Source of the DNA: Candidatus Roizmanbacteria bacterium CG02_land_8_20_14_3_00_36_15
Lineage (GTDB): Bacteria > Patescibacteriota > Microgenomatia > UBA1406 > GWC2-37-13
DNA: 64,000 nucleotides
Direction: 5' to 3'
Assembly: GCA_002780795.1 (NCBI GenBank)
Contig: PEUF01000041.1
Coordinates: forward strand, 3,826 to 67,825
Position numbers and translations under genes: made by a program. A model generated the notes under the pieces. That model saw only the letters and a list, made by a program, of their open reading frames with translations, did not search any database and was not told the origin of the DNA. Shown here one piece after another: positions 1 to 9,369 of the stretch (position 1 is its first letter; each line of letters starts with the position of its first letter).

Positions 1-42
1 TTTGGCGGCTGTCTGGGAGTATAAAAAAATAAAGAATTGAGA

Positions 43-1479
43 CTATTTTTTAACTATCTTATAAATCGTTATCCCGGGCAAACTATATTTTTTAGCCGAA
101 GGAAAATATTGCTTGCCAAACTGCTCGGCCTCCCAGGAGTCAAATTGACTGATATCTTGATACGGTATTTCGGAAAAAACAATCAGCTCTTTTGATTGTG
201 AGTATAAAAATTCCGAGTCAGCGATATAACCAGCCTTGCGAAAAAAATATCGATACTCATAACCGATGGTGGCTAACAAATTTTGCTTGGTGATCTGAAT
301 AATATTAAAGTTCGTTGGGCTAACCAGCTTATTTTTAATTACAAAATCGACAGCTTTCTCAAATCGCTCCGGCGTCCTCCAGGAAGGTTGATACAAAGTC
401 TTAGGAAAGTAAAATAACTGAAAAGCAATCATCAAGGAAAAAAATATCATTGATAAAAGATTATTTTTAAAACTTAAAAAGATAAAAATAAGGTTAAAGA
501 ACAAATAAAAAGCCAGGCCAAAAAGATAGTGGGGAATGAATTGAAATCGTAAAATGACCGCGGCCAATAATAAGGTCAATAGGGAATTTAAATAGATTAT
601 TTTTATTTTACAATCTGGTTTCCGAAAATGAAAAATTATTCCGAGAATAAAATAGATAAATAAAGGATTAATTAAAACATAGCTCTTCATGCTTTCTGAT
701 AAAAACCAGATATTGGCTAAAACGTTTTTTTTGCCTGATAAACCGCCGGGAATATTGGTATTGTTTACCCACTTTAGATAAGACTTGTCAATAAAGGTGT
801 TTTTTAGCATGACAAAGTGATGAGTTAATTCAAAGATCGCTAGAGGCAGAAAACTCAAAATTAAACCGAGCAAAAAAATTCTTAGGCGTTTTTTTTCTTT
901 GGTAATTTTCCAGAAATAAATAATTAATCCTGGAAAAAAAATAAAAATAATAAAATGGAAATTGACAACGACACCGTATAGGAAACCTAAAAACCCCAGC
1001 CAAAGATCGTTTTTTGAATTAAAAAAATAGACTTCGGTTAACAAAAATAAAAATAGCGGAATAAAAGAATAAGCGTTACTGGGATTGCGACTACCAATAA
1101 GAAATAAGGTTGAAAGAGCTAAAACTAAACCAGCTGATAATCTTTGAATAAACTTAAATTTCTTGGCGCTGCGGACAAAAAAATAGCCAACGGCTAAAAT
1201 AAACAAAAGAGCATTAAAAAAATGAATAGAAATAAGCTGTCTTCCCGATAAAAGGTACGCCGGGACAAAAAGGTAAAAATAATATGGACCAAGATACAAG
1301 CCGCCAAAAGTAAGTTTCGGCCCAAGCCAGACAATCTTTCCTTGCGAAATTCTTAAGATTTCATGGGCGTCTCGGGCGAAGTCGGGATGGTAAAATAAAG
1401 ATTGTTTTAATTTATATGAATAAAGTAAAAAAACTAAAAGACAAATAATCGCCGGCAATAATATCTTTATTTTTTTCAT
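43..1479 (-). CDS. Integral membrane glycosyltransferase, ArnT/PMT (GT39/GT83)-like
   Basis: Long ORF with many hydrophobic helices and aromatic-rich loops, typical of polyprenyl-phosphate-dependent glycosyltransferases. ATG at 1479 (MKKIKILLP) preferred over the TTG at 1518. Confidence 0.5.
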   Translation of the reverse strand: MKKIKILLPAIICLLVFLLYSYKLKQSLFYHPDFARDAHEILRISQGKIVWLGPKLTFGGLYLGPYYFYLFVPAYLLSGRQLISIHFFNALLFILAVGYFFVRSAKKFKFIQRLSAGLVLALSTLFLIGSRNPSNAYSFIPLFLFLLTEVYFFNSKNDLWLGFLGFLYGVVVNFHFIIFIFFPGLIIYFWKITKEKKRLRIFLLGLILSFLPLAIFELTHHFVMLKNTFIDKSYLKWVNNTNIPGGLSGKKNVLANIWFLSESMKSYVLINPLFIYFILGIIFHFRKPDCKIKIIYLNSLLTLLLAAVILRFQFIPHYLFGLAFYLFFNLIFIFLSFKNNLLSMIFFSLMIAFQLFYFPKTLYQPSWRTPERFEKAVDFVIKNKLVSPTNFNIIQITKQNLLATIGYEYRYFFRKAGYIADSEFLYSQSKELIVFSEIPYQDISQFDSWEAEQFGKQYFPSAKKYSLPGITIYKIVKK

Positions 1480-1611
1480 AGCGGTCTTATAAAGTTCGTA
1501 GAATACGGATTTGAGCAAATGGCACGCGTGGCTGCCAAGTCTATAATCTGACCCTACGCCTACTAGCTTGCTGCATTTGCGAAAAGACGTATCTAAGAAC
1601 TTTTAATAATA

Positions 1612-3189
1612 TTACTGTTTTAGTTGTAACTGATAAATATTACAGACATTATAACAACCTGACTGCCTCAAAATTAACTCAAAATCGTTTTTCAAATCAT
1701 CAAATCTTTCCTGCCAATTGCGTAAATTTGCCACATAGTAATTGGAAACAAATACTGACTGGTTGGTTTTTAAAAGTTTTCGATAATATTCTCTTAAATT
1801 AGTCACTCCCATCTGCTCTAAAAATCCGTTTCTGCCGGGAAAAAAATCTTGGCTTTCCATCAGCGGTAGATAACGAAACTGTTGGTTATAGAAGAAATTG
1901 ATATAAAACGGGGGTAAAAAGGTCCCTAGGTAACTACCGCGAAACTCTTTTTGTTTAAAGAATTGGTTAAATTTTTGTACCGCTAAATAGTTCCACGGAT
2001 CCTCCTTATATTTGAAATTCAAGCTCAGCTGTTTTTTAAAGGTGATGATTAAACGTTCGTTTGGCCGATAACCGAAACTTTTCGCCGTTAATAAAATTGC
2101 TAACAAAACAATAATCAAAATAGTCGTCAACAACCGACCAAGCTTTCTTTGTATATACTCAACCAAGAAACCAAGTGGAACCAACCATAAAGGGAAAACA
2201 ACTAATAAATAGCGAGCGTCCTGAACATAAAAAAATGACATAAAAATAATCAAGCCGGCAATGAACGTTAATAACGTCACCATTGCCAACCTCGAACCCT
2301 TCTTTAATAAACCAATAAATAAACCGATTAAAATAAAAAAGCCGGCGAAAGGAACAAAAAAATGTTCTTGGAACCAAAGATAATGAGTTTGACCACCGAA
2401 TAAATTACCTAAGTAGAGTTTTAAATTAGGAATAAAATAAGCAACGGAAAAAATTTTTGCGCCGCCTACATCTTTTTGAACCAATAAAATTTTGCTGAAA
2501 TAAAGATAAGAAATAAAAACCAAGCCGATGACGACCGATGAATAAATAAATGTCTTACGGAATGGTTTCCCCGTTTTCTTCAGAAATATTTTTATCATGA
2601 CAAATAAATAGAAAGTCAGTCCTAAAGGAAGGTTGGAAAATTTAATTAACCAAAGAAGCACACCCCACACAGCTAACAAAATAACGTTGATTTTTGTCGT
2701 TTTGCTTAAAAGAAGATATAAACCGCTCATCAAAAAAAACAAACTGATATTCTCTGCCATTAACAAAGACGGTAGATTATAAATATAAAAATTAGTGACA
2801 AACATAAATGATAGTAGAGCGACTACTAACAGATTTTCCCTGAATATTTTTTTTAGAATTAAATTGAAAAATATAATTGTTCCTAACAGTAATAGAATAT
2901 TGGCATAGTAAAAAGCGCGGACGTCGCAAAGGACGGCAAAAAATGGCACCAGATAAAAAGAGTATAAGGGAGGAACAATCTGCTCGGCCCGCCAACTAAA
3001 AACGCTCATATTAAAACCTTTTCCATGAATTAGATTCCAGGCCGGCGCCGAGTAATAGAGAGCGTCAGGGAATGGTTCCAGATTAGCCACAAGAGACCTG
3101 ACTCCGAACGGGTTTTTAAAACTCAGACCAAGAAAGATTAATATGCTAATAAAAACTATCAACCAAAATAATCGAGTTTTACTAAGCAT
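1612..3189 (-). CDS. Integral membrane glycosyltransferase, ArnT/PMT-like paralog
   Basis: 525-aa polytopic membrane ORF, tandem with two similar genes. N-terminal loop reads PFPDALYYSAPAWN. Confidence 0.45.
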   Translation of the reverse strand: MLSKTRLFWLIVFISILIFLGLSFKNPFGVRSLVANLEPFPDALYYSAPAWNLIHGKGFNMSVFSWRAEQIVPPLYSFYLVPFFAVLCDVRAFYYANILLLLGTIIFFNLILKKIFRENLLVVALLSFMFVTNFYIYNLPSLLMAENISLFFLMSGLYLLLSKTTKINVILLAVWGVLLWLIKFSNLPLGLTFYLFVMIKIFLKKTGKPFRKTFIYSSVVIGLVFISYLYFSKILLVQKDVGGAKIFSVAYFIPNLKLYLGNLFGGQTHYLWFQEHFFVPFAGFFILIGLFIGLLKKGSRLAMVTLLTFIAGLIIFMSFFYVQDARYLLVVFPLWLVPLGFLVEYIQRKLGRLLTTILIIVLLAILLTAKSFGYRPNERLIITFKKQLSLNFKYKEDPWNYLAVQKFNQFFKQKEFRGSYLGTFLPPFYINFFYNQQFRYLPLMESQDFFPGRNGFLEQMGVTNLREYYRKLLKTNQSVFVSNYYVANLRNWQERFDDLKNDFELILRQSGCYNVCNIYQLQLKQ

Positions 3190-3200
3190 AATTGATAAAT

Positions 3201-4571
3201 TTAATCATGAACCCAAATTTCGAGATTCAGTTCACGAAAGGATTTTTCTTCTTGCAAATGAAAATGGTAATCGACCAATGTCTTTTTATAATCATATCCA
3301 TAAATTTCGGCTGAGTAGGGAATAATGATGATTTTTTGCGGTAAACTCGTTGAACTCTCCAAACTCGTCAACTCGTTAACCTTTAAATCCTTTCTATAAT
3401 ATAACAAAGGGTCTGATGACGATTTAATCATATAGACTGGTTGGTCTTTCGGTAGAGTTTGCGCCAAACTTTTCCAGTCCTCTCGATGAAACTTAGCGCC
3501 AGTAAGATATAAACACGAAAAAACAAAAAAACCAATCAAGACAATCTTTCTAAACATTGGATTGTCCTTTAACGAAAAAGAAAGTAATAAACACATGATC
3601 GGAATCAGATAGAGGAATCTAAAATATTGAAGTAGGGGAGTGACGAAGGAAACGGCAAAACCCAAAACTAATGGAAAAATAAATAAATAAATAAATAAAT
3701 TAACGGCATTGAGATTTGATATGTGGATTTGAGATATAACAAATATGCTCCATCCACCCGCCATTAAGTAGTATAGCCACTTTGGATAAAAGTCGATTCT
3801 GCCGATCGAAAACTTAATCGGTATCAATAATAAATTTTTAATATTCGCTTTCCCCAAAACCAACGACCAGTTGGTCACATTGGATAAAGATATTTTGGCA
3901 TTAATAAGTTGTTGATAAAGTAGGGGAGAGATTGCTAAAAAATAAACAAATACTGCAAATAAACAAATAAAGAAATTTCTAAATTGCTTTTTATATAAAA
4001 AATAAAGTAAGAAAGCTGTAATCAAAAATATCGATCCATAAAAAGTCATCAACGATAAAAATACAAATAAATTAAACAAGATTTGAGATTTAAGATTTGG
4101 ATTTACGTTTTGACTTTTGCCTTTTGACTTTTGAATTCGCAACATTTTTTCGAAATAATACAAGGCTACGGTGAGAAAAAATGTTGTCGCCATGTACATT
4201 CTTGCTTCCTGACTGTAATAAACAATCAGCGGATTGAAAAGAAAAAAAACCGCCGCAAACAAGCCGGCTCTATAGCCATACATCCATCTAACCATTTTAT
4301 ATATAACGTATCCTGTAGCCAAACTAAATAAAACCGACGGCATCCTAAGTGAAATTTCCGAGTAGCCGAAAAAATTAGTCCACAGTTTCATAAACCAGTA
4401 GTAGAGCGGGGGATGAAAATCGTTCAGTAAGAATCTACTAACAATCTGTGTCAATTTGTATTCTTGAACCACTCGCGCCGTCGTCGCCTCATCCAGCCAG
4501 AGAGATTGGTTAAGTCCAATAAGACGAACTAAAAATGCTAAAGTAAATATAAATATTAATTTCTTCTTCAT
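3201..4571 (-). CDS. Integral membrane glycosyltransferase, ArnT/PMT-like paralog
   Basis: First loop contains SLWLDEATT, an acidic DE motif of the ArnT/PMT family. Polytopic. Carries an (AAAT)n run and heptamer arrays in frame. Confidence 0.55.
   Translation of the reverse strand: MKKKLIFIFTLAFLVRLIGLNQSLWLDEATTARVVQEYKLTQIVSRFLLNDFHPPLYYWFMKLWTNFFGYSEISLRMPSVLFSLATGYVIYKMVRWMYGYRAGLFAAVFFLFNPLIVYYSQEARMYMATTFFLTVALYYFEKMLRIQKSKGKSQNVNPNLKSQILFNLFVFLSLMTFYGSIFLITAFLLYFLYKKQFRNFFICLFAVFVYFLAISPLLYQQLINAKISLSNVTNWSLVLGKANIKNLLLIPIKFSIGRIDFYPKWLYYLMAGGWSIFVISQIHISNLNAVNLFIYLFIFPLVLGFAVSFVTPLLQYFRFLYLIPIMCLLLSFSLKDNPMFRKIVLIGFFVFSCLYLTGAKFHREDWKSLAQTLPKDQPVYMIKSSSDPLLYYRKDLKVNELTSLESSTSLPQKIIIIPYSAEIYGYDYKKTLVDYHFHLQEEKSFRELNLEIWVHD
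3711..3738. repeat. Heptamer array (GAGATTT family) inside an ArnT-like ORF
   Basis: gagattt|gatatgt|ggatttg|agatata. Shares the 15-mer ATGTGGATTTGAGAT with 46636-46650. (AAAT)5 lies adjacent at 3679-3700. Confidence 0.7.
4081..4137. repeat. Composite heptamer array inside an ArnT-like ORF
   Basis: atttgag|atttaag|atttgga|tttacgt|tttgact|tttgcct|tttgact|tttgaat. Confidence 0.75.
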
Positions 4572-4620
4572 TTGTTATAATTTTATAACACTAATAATCA
4601 ATAGCCAACAACTAGTTTAT

Positions 4621-4692
4621 GCGGTGGTAGTTCAGTGGTAGAATGTCTCCCTTCCAAGGAGAAGGTCAGGGGTTCAAATCCCCTCCACCGCT
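4621..4692 (+). tRNA. tRNA-Gly (anticodon UCC)
   Basis: Cloverleaf read by eye: acceptor GCGGTGG/CCACCGC, D arm GTTC-AGTGGTA-GAAT, anticodon arm TCTCC-CTTCCAA-GGAGA, T arm AGGGG-TTCAAAT-CCCCT. No encoded CCA. Confidence 0.9.
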
Positions 4693-4697
4693 CAAAA

Positions 4698-4943
4698 ATG
4701 ATTATTTTCATCAAGGGATCAATTAATTCTGGCAAGTCCTACTGTCTCCAAGATATTAGCTAAAAAAATAACCAACACAGTAATCCTGGAAATTGATGTA
4801 TTAAGAAAGTTTTATTGATTGGTTACTATTAGAAGAATCAATACCCATAAATCTTGAGAATGCTTGTTCATTAATAAGAAACTTTGCCAAAAAAAATATA
4901 AATGGTAAATCGACCGAAGAAGTACGATGTCATTCTTCCTAAA
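4698..4943 (+). pseudogene. Degraded P-loop NTPase/kinase-like gene remnant
   Basis: ATG at 4698 gives MIIFIKGSINSGKSYCLQDIS then TAA. Walker A GxxxxGKS is present. Downstream frames continue with short kinase-like fragments (KKITNTVILEIDVLRKFY*) broken by stops. Confidence 0.35.
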
Positions 4944-5112
4944 CATTTTTTTATATCAATAGCCTTATTGTAACCCTTTATTTATGTCTAGGTTGCCATA
5001 TCGAGATATATAAAAGCTTGACAGTTTGTAAAATTTATAGTTAAATATAAGTAAAGGTTCCCGCTTGATAACAAGAGCCCCTGGGCTCTTCCCAAAAGGA
5101 TAGTCAGGCGGG

Positions 5113-5823
5113 TCAATTGTTATAAGGATAATATTCAGTAATTCCTCTTTGAAATATTGAAAATTCACTCTTAATTTTTGATTTAATTTGATTGATCGGT
5201 CTTAGTTCTTTTCTTTCATTTTTGACATAGATTGCCCAACCACAATAATCTGCTATTTGACAATTCAAATCTGCTTTTGATTGATGAAAATAAATATAGA
5301 AAGGTTTTTGACAGTGCTGTTTAAGATATGTTTTTAATGATTTCAGAATTGTTTGTCTTTTGTTGTCTGTAAAAAGGTTGTCTAAAACAACAACGATTTT
5401 TTCTATAGAGGTTGAATTAAATCTTTTGAAAATATATTGCAAGAGCGTTTGACATACAATACGGTAAAATTCTGCCCCAATAATTCTTGACATAATTTTC
5501 CCTTTTTTTGAACACATCTCACTATAAAGGCTTGGATTGGCCTTATTTTTTTGTGCAACAACAGAATCAACATAAAAATCATCATATCCAGAAATTAAAC
5601 CATAAATTCCATCTCTCACAATTTGTTTATCTTCAGTAGCATGAAAATATTCTTGATCTGTTTTTTCTGATAAAAGTTGATAACGATATTCTAATAATTT
5701 TTCGCGTTCATTAAGAGGTCTAATTGTGCTGATTGCAGTCAATATAAAATATTTTGTTCCATCTGAGGAAAAATCAAAATTGCCTGATTCGTCTATAAAA
5801 ATAAATAATGTTTTATTATTCAT
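5113..5823 (-). CDS. DUF3800 family protein
   Basis: N-terminus LFIFIDESGNFDFS matches the DUF3800 signature (hydrophobic strand followed by DESG). Confidence 0.65.
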   Translation of the reverse strand: MNNKTLFIFIDESGNFDFSSDGTKYFILTAISTIRPLNEREKLLEYRYQLLSEKTDQEYFHATEDKQIVRDGIYGLISGYDDFYVDSVVAQKNKANPSLYSEMCSKKGKIMSRIIGAEFYRIVCQTLLQYIFKRFNSTSIEKIVVVLDNLFTDNKRQTILKSLKTYLKQHCQKPFYIYFHQSKADLNCQIADYCGWAIYVKNERKELRPINQIKSKIKSEFSIFQRGITEYYPYNN

Positions 5824-6179
5824 GGTTTTTCTTTTGGATGGACAAAAAACTTAGGATCTACTATAACTATTCCTTCTTCGTTACTACAAAAAACTCCATT
5901 CTCCACAGGTATTTGATTATCCGATTCTTCAAAGCGTTTCTTTGTAAATGACAATGCAAACTTTCGAGCATTATTCATATCAGCAGAAAGTTTGGCTTTA
6001 TCTTCAAGATATTCACCGGTAACCCATACAAAATATTCCTTGACTAATTTATTATTTTCAGGGTAATCGCTAATGAATGAAATAATAATACGCCAAGTTT
6101 CAACGTTTTCTTTTACAGGTACAGCATGGAGAATTTTTATACGTATATTATACGTAAGTCCAATTTCATCGGTTTTCAT
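5820..6179 (-). CDS. Hypothetical protein, translationally coupled to the DUF3800 gene
   Basis: 119-aa ORF whose stop overlaps the DUF3800 start by 4 nt (ATGA). No recognisable motif. Confidence 0.45.
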   Translation of the reverse strand: MKTDEIGLTYNIRIKILHAVPVKENVETWRIIISFISDYPENNKLVKEYFVWVTGEYLEDKAKLSADMNNARKFALSFTKKRFEESDNQIPVENGVFCSNEEGIVIVDPKFFVHPKEKP

Positions 6180-6361
6180 AGTCTTGTTTTTAATTATTTT
6201 ATCAGAAAAATAAAGATCATTAAAACTTAATACTTGTTTCTTTAGTTATTTTCTGATCTATATTTTATAAATCATCAAAATTTGGTATATAATACTTCTT
6301 AGCGGATTGTTGATAAAAGGTTCTAATTTTGTTCACTAGCCCGCTCAGAAGATAAAGTTGT

Positions 6362-7393
6362 TCATTTGTCCCAACCATTCGGATGAACTTTATACCACTT
6401 AACCAAGGATTCGATCGAATCCTTGATCGTCCTCTTCGGCTCCCAGTTTAAGACCTTTTTGGCTTTTTTTACTGAAGCGATTTTCTTCGGATCATCACCC
6501 TGCCGTGGCGTTGTTTTCTTAAGTGAGAACTTAACGCCAGTTACTTCTTGTACTTGATTAACAACTTCCAAAACGGAGCTTCCTGTCCCTGTCCCCAGAT
6601 TAATTATCTCGCCGAATCTGTCTTTGTCCTCCGAAGCTTTAGCGAAGAAGGATAATTTTTTAACCGCTAGTAAATGCGCCTTATTGAGGTCAACGACGTT
6701 GATATAGTCGCGAATCGGAGTCTCATCCGGCGTGTTAACCTCGGGACAGGTTAGATAAAAAGGTTCTATGCCTAAAGCACCACGAACGGCATTTTGCACT
6801 AACAACGTGGACGGTTTTTTTGAATCACCAATCAACCCATCGTCTGAGGCACCGCAAACATTGAAGTAACGGAGGATATAATACTGTAATCCTTTTAGTT
6901 TTCCAAACCACTGAATTATTTCTTCAACCATTTTTTTGGAAACACCATAAGGGCTGGAAGGATTAAGCGGGTGTTTCTCGTCGATAGGAAAGTATTCGGC
7001 CTCGCCATAAACAGCGCAGGTTGAGGAAAAAATAATTTTTTTTATATTATATTTATCCATCGTTTGCAGTAAATTTAACGATCCGCAAACATTATTAGAA
7101 AAATATTTTTCCGGATATTTCATCGACTCATCAACCACACATGAAGCCGCGTAATGAACAACTGCGTTAAATGAAGATTCTTTTTTAAAGATAGGGGAAA
7201 TGTCTTCGTTCAAATCAGCTTCATACACCCTTAGAGTGTCTGAACCGAACTTTTTCTGAAGTAACTCTAAAGGCTGACGGTAACCGGTAGAAAAATTGTC
7301 CAGCGCCACCACTTCATAGCCATTCTGAAGAAATAGATAGACAGCCACCGAACCAATATAACCCCCCGCGCCTGTGATTAAAATTTTTTCCAT
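6362..7393 (-). CDS. galE: UDP-glucose 4-epimerase
   Basis: ILITGAGGYIGS Rossmann motif, STCAVYG, catalytic YGVSK (YxxxK). Start at MEKILITG (7393) avoids overlap with the upstream gene. Confidence 0.85.
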   Translation of the reverse strand: MEKILITGAGGYIGSVAVYLFLQNGYEVVALDNFSTGYRQPLELLQKKFGSDTLRVYEADLNEDISPIFKKESSFNAVVHYAASCVVDESMKYPEKYFSNNVCGSLNLLQTMDKYNIKKIIFSSTCAVYGEAEYFPIDEKHPLNPSSPYGVSKKMVEEIIQWFGKLKGLQYYILRYFNVCGASDDGLIGDSKKPSTLLVQNAVRGALGIEPFYLTCPEVNTPDETPIRDYINVVDLNKAHLLAVKKLSFFAKASEDKDRFGEIINLGTGTGSSVLEVVNQVQEVTGVKFSLKKTTPRQGDDPKKIASVKKAKKVLNWEPKRTIKDSIESLVKWYKVHPNGWDK

Positions 7394-7400
7394 ATCTACA

Positions 7401-8324
7401 TTATAAAACTTTTGACTTTTCACTTCTAACTTTTAACTTATTTATTGGGTGCCAGTGGATTCTTCCTTCCGCCAAATAAATTCCTCCAAAAATTAAAATT
7501 CCTCCAAGAATATAAAATATATTCGGATATTCATGAAGTAAGGGAGCAGCTACAACTATAGCAGCCAAAGGATCAATATAGGTAAAGACTCCTATCTCTT
7601 GAGCTTTAAGTTTTGAAACTCCATAATAAAAAAGAAAGTAGGAGAGGGCGGAAGAAAAAAATACTCCAAATATTATTCCTGTCCATCCAGCAATATTAAG
7701 AAAGGAAATATCCCAACCGGCAAATTCTTTTGGTATAAATGGTATGAAAGTCAGACTACCAAATAAAAATGCGATAGCTGAAACTTGAATGGGTTTTATT
7801 TTTTTTAGAACATCATGTCCGATAATTGTCTGAAATACTGTCCCTAAGGTAGCTATCAAAATAAAGACATTTCCTTCAACAGCGCCTATGGCTAATTCTT
7901 TTCCATTTAAAATAAGTGGAGATAAAATGATAAATAATACACCTGATAAAGCGATTAACATACCTGTCAACACTCTTAACTTTGGTCTCTCCTTCAGAAA
8001 TATTATTGATAACAAATAAATAAATATTGGTCCGGAGGAAGCTATAACCGGCACATTAATACTTTCCGTTTTTTCTAATCCCAAAAAGAAAAAGGAAATA
8101 TTTATAGTAATCCCAAAAAATCCTACGAGAAGAACCTCCAGCCATTGACGTAGCGTCAATTTTTGCCATTTTCCGATTGCTAATGGTAAAAAAATTAAAC
8201 CGGCGAAAGAAAACCTGATAAATGCCAGTATAAAAGGGGGAATATTTGTTAGGGAAAACTTAAAAATTGGCGAGGCCATACCCCAGATAAAATTAGCGAT
8301 GATGAGGGCAAGAATTGGATTCAT
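7401..8324 (-). CDS. EamA/DMT family transporter
   Basis: About 10 TM helices arranged as two EamA-like halves. The C-terminal tail (KLKVRSEKSKVL) is encoded by a heptamer array. Confidence 0.7.
   Translation of the reverse strand: MNPILALIIANFIWGMASPIFKFSLTNIPPFILAFIRFSFAGLIFLPLAIGKWQKLTLRQWLEVLLVGFFGITINISFFFLGLEKTESINVPVIASSGPIFIYLLSIIFLKERPKLRVLTGMLIALSGVLFIILSPLILNGKELAIGAVEGNVFILIATLGTVFQTIIGHDVLKKIKPIQVSAIAFLFGSLTFIPFIPKEFAGWDISFLNIAGWTGIIFGVFFSSALSYFLFYYGVSKLKAQEIGVFTYIDPLAAIVVAAPLLHEYPNIFYILGGILIFGGIYLAEGRIHWHPINKLKVRSEKSKVL
7408..7442. repeat. Heptamer array ACTTTTN x5 (EamA C-terminus / galE upstream)
   Basis: acttttg|acttttc|acttcta|actttta|acttatt. Confidence 0.8.
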
Positions 8325-8327
8325 TAA

Positions 8328-8400
8328 ATAAGTTTATAAAGTTTTTAAAGTTTGTAAAGTTCTTAAAGACATTTCTTTATAAACTTTATGGACTTTACTA
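8328..8400. repeat. Intergenic inverted arms of ATAAAGTTT-type repeats
   Basis: ataaagtttataaagtttttaaagtttgtaaagttcttaaag ... ctttataaactttatggactttac. The left and right arms are complementary. Confidence 0.7.
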
Positions 8401-8401
8401 A

Positions 8402-9310
8402 CTAGTTTTTCTTCTTCTGAAAAAAAACTATCAACTCTCCAATCATTCCCGTCATCACCACCTGTATGCCGACGATGACAAGAAGCATTCCTAAAAATAG
8501 TATTGGCCGACGATATAAGAGAACGTGATAGAAAAGCCGTTCTACCGCCAAATACATAAGGATAACGTTTCCCATAAAAAATAAAATTGTTCCAAATATG
8601 CCGAAAAAATGAAGCGGTTTTTCCGAAAATTGGTAAAGGAAATAAGCGGTTAAAGTATCAAGAATTCCGATGAAGAGCTTTGATTTACCAAACTTAGATT
8701 TACCAAACTGCCTGGGATGGTTTTTTACCTCAATCTCAACCACCTTGTATCCTTTGTAAAAAGCATATAGAGGAAAAAAACGAAAGTTATTTCCATAGAA
8801 GGTAAAGTCCTGTAATACTTCTTTTTTAAACGCCTTAAAACCACAGTTAATATCGGTAAAAGGTGAACGAAAAAATATTTTTAAAAAAAGTTTGGCTATG
8901 AATGAATAGGTTTTAATAATAAAATTATCCTGTCTGTCTTGTCTTATTCCGTTGACAAGATCGTAACCTTGACCTATTTTTTCTAGTAATCGAAGAAGAT
9001 CATTCGGCTCGTCTTGAAGGTCAGCATCCATAAAAATAATTACCTCGCCGGATGAATTTTCTATGCCGGTCTGCAAAGCCTTTCCTTTCCCAAACCTCTT
9101 CCGGTGGCTAATTAGTTTAATTTGGTAATTTTGAGTTTTGAACTGCAATTTTGAATTTTGAATTTTGAATTTTGAACTATCATCGCTTCCATCATCAACC
9201 AATATAATCTCTGCTTCTTTTTTTATCTTTTCTAAAACTTCAATTAAATGTTTAATTAAAGTAGGCAGGCTTTCCGCCTCGTTGTAAAAGGGAATTATTA
9301 TAGATAACAT
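8402..9310 (-). CDS. Family 2 glycosyltransferase (polyprenyl-phosphate sugar synthase type, two C-terminal TM helices)
   Basis: SIIIPFYNE, VDDGSDD and MDADLQDEP motifs plus C-terminal TM helices, as in GtrB/ArnC/DPM-synthase-like enzymes. Confidence 0.8.
   Translation of the reverse strand: MLSIIIPFYNEAESLPTLIKHLIEVLEKIKKEAEIILVDDGSDDSSKFKIQNSKLQFKTQNYQIKLISHRKRFGKGKALQTGIENSSGEVIIFMDADLQDEPNDLLRLLEKIGQGYDLVNGIRQDRQDNFIIKTYSFIAKLFLKIFFRSPFTDINCGFKAFKKEVLQDFTFYGNNFRFFPLYAFYKGYKVVEIEVKNHPRQFGKSKFGKSKLFIGILDTLTAYFLYQFSEKPLHFFGIFGTILFFMGNVILMYLAVERLFYHVLLYRRPILFLGMLLVIVGIQVVMTGMIGELIVFFQKKKN
9127..9177. repeat. Heptamer array AATTTTG x6-7 inside a GT2 ORF
   Basis: aattttg|agttttg|aactgc|aattttg|aattttg|aattttg|aattttg. 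Confidence 0.85.
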
Positions 9311-9315
9311 GGTTT

Positions 9316-9369
9316 AACTTTATGAACTTTATAAACTTTATAAACTTTATGGACTTTATGACTTTATAA
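9316..9369. repeat. Intergenic nonamer array AACTTTATR x6
   Basis: aactttatg|aactttata|aactttata|aactttatg|gactttatg|actttataa. Confidence 0.85.
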
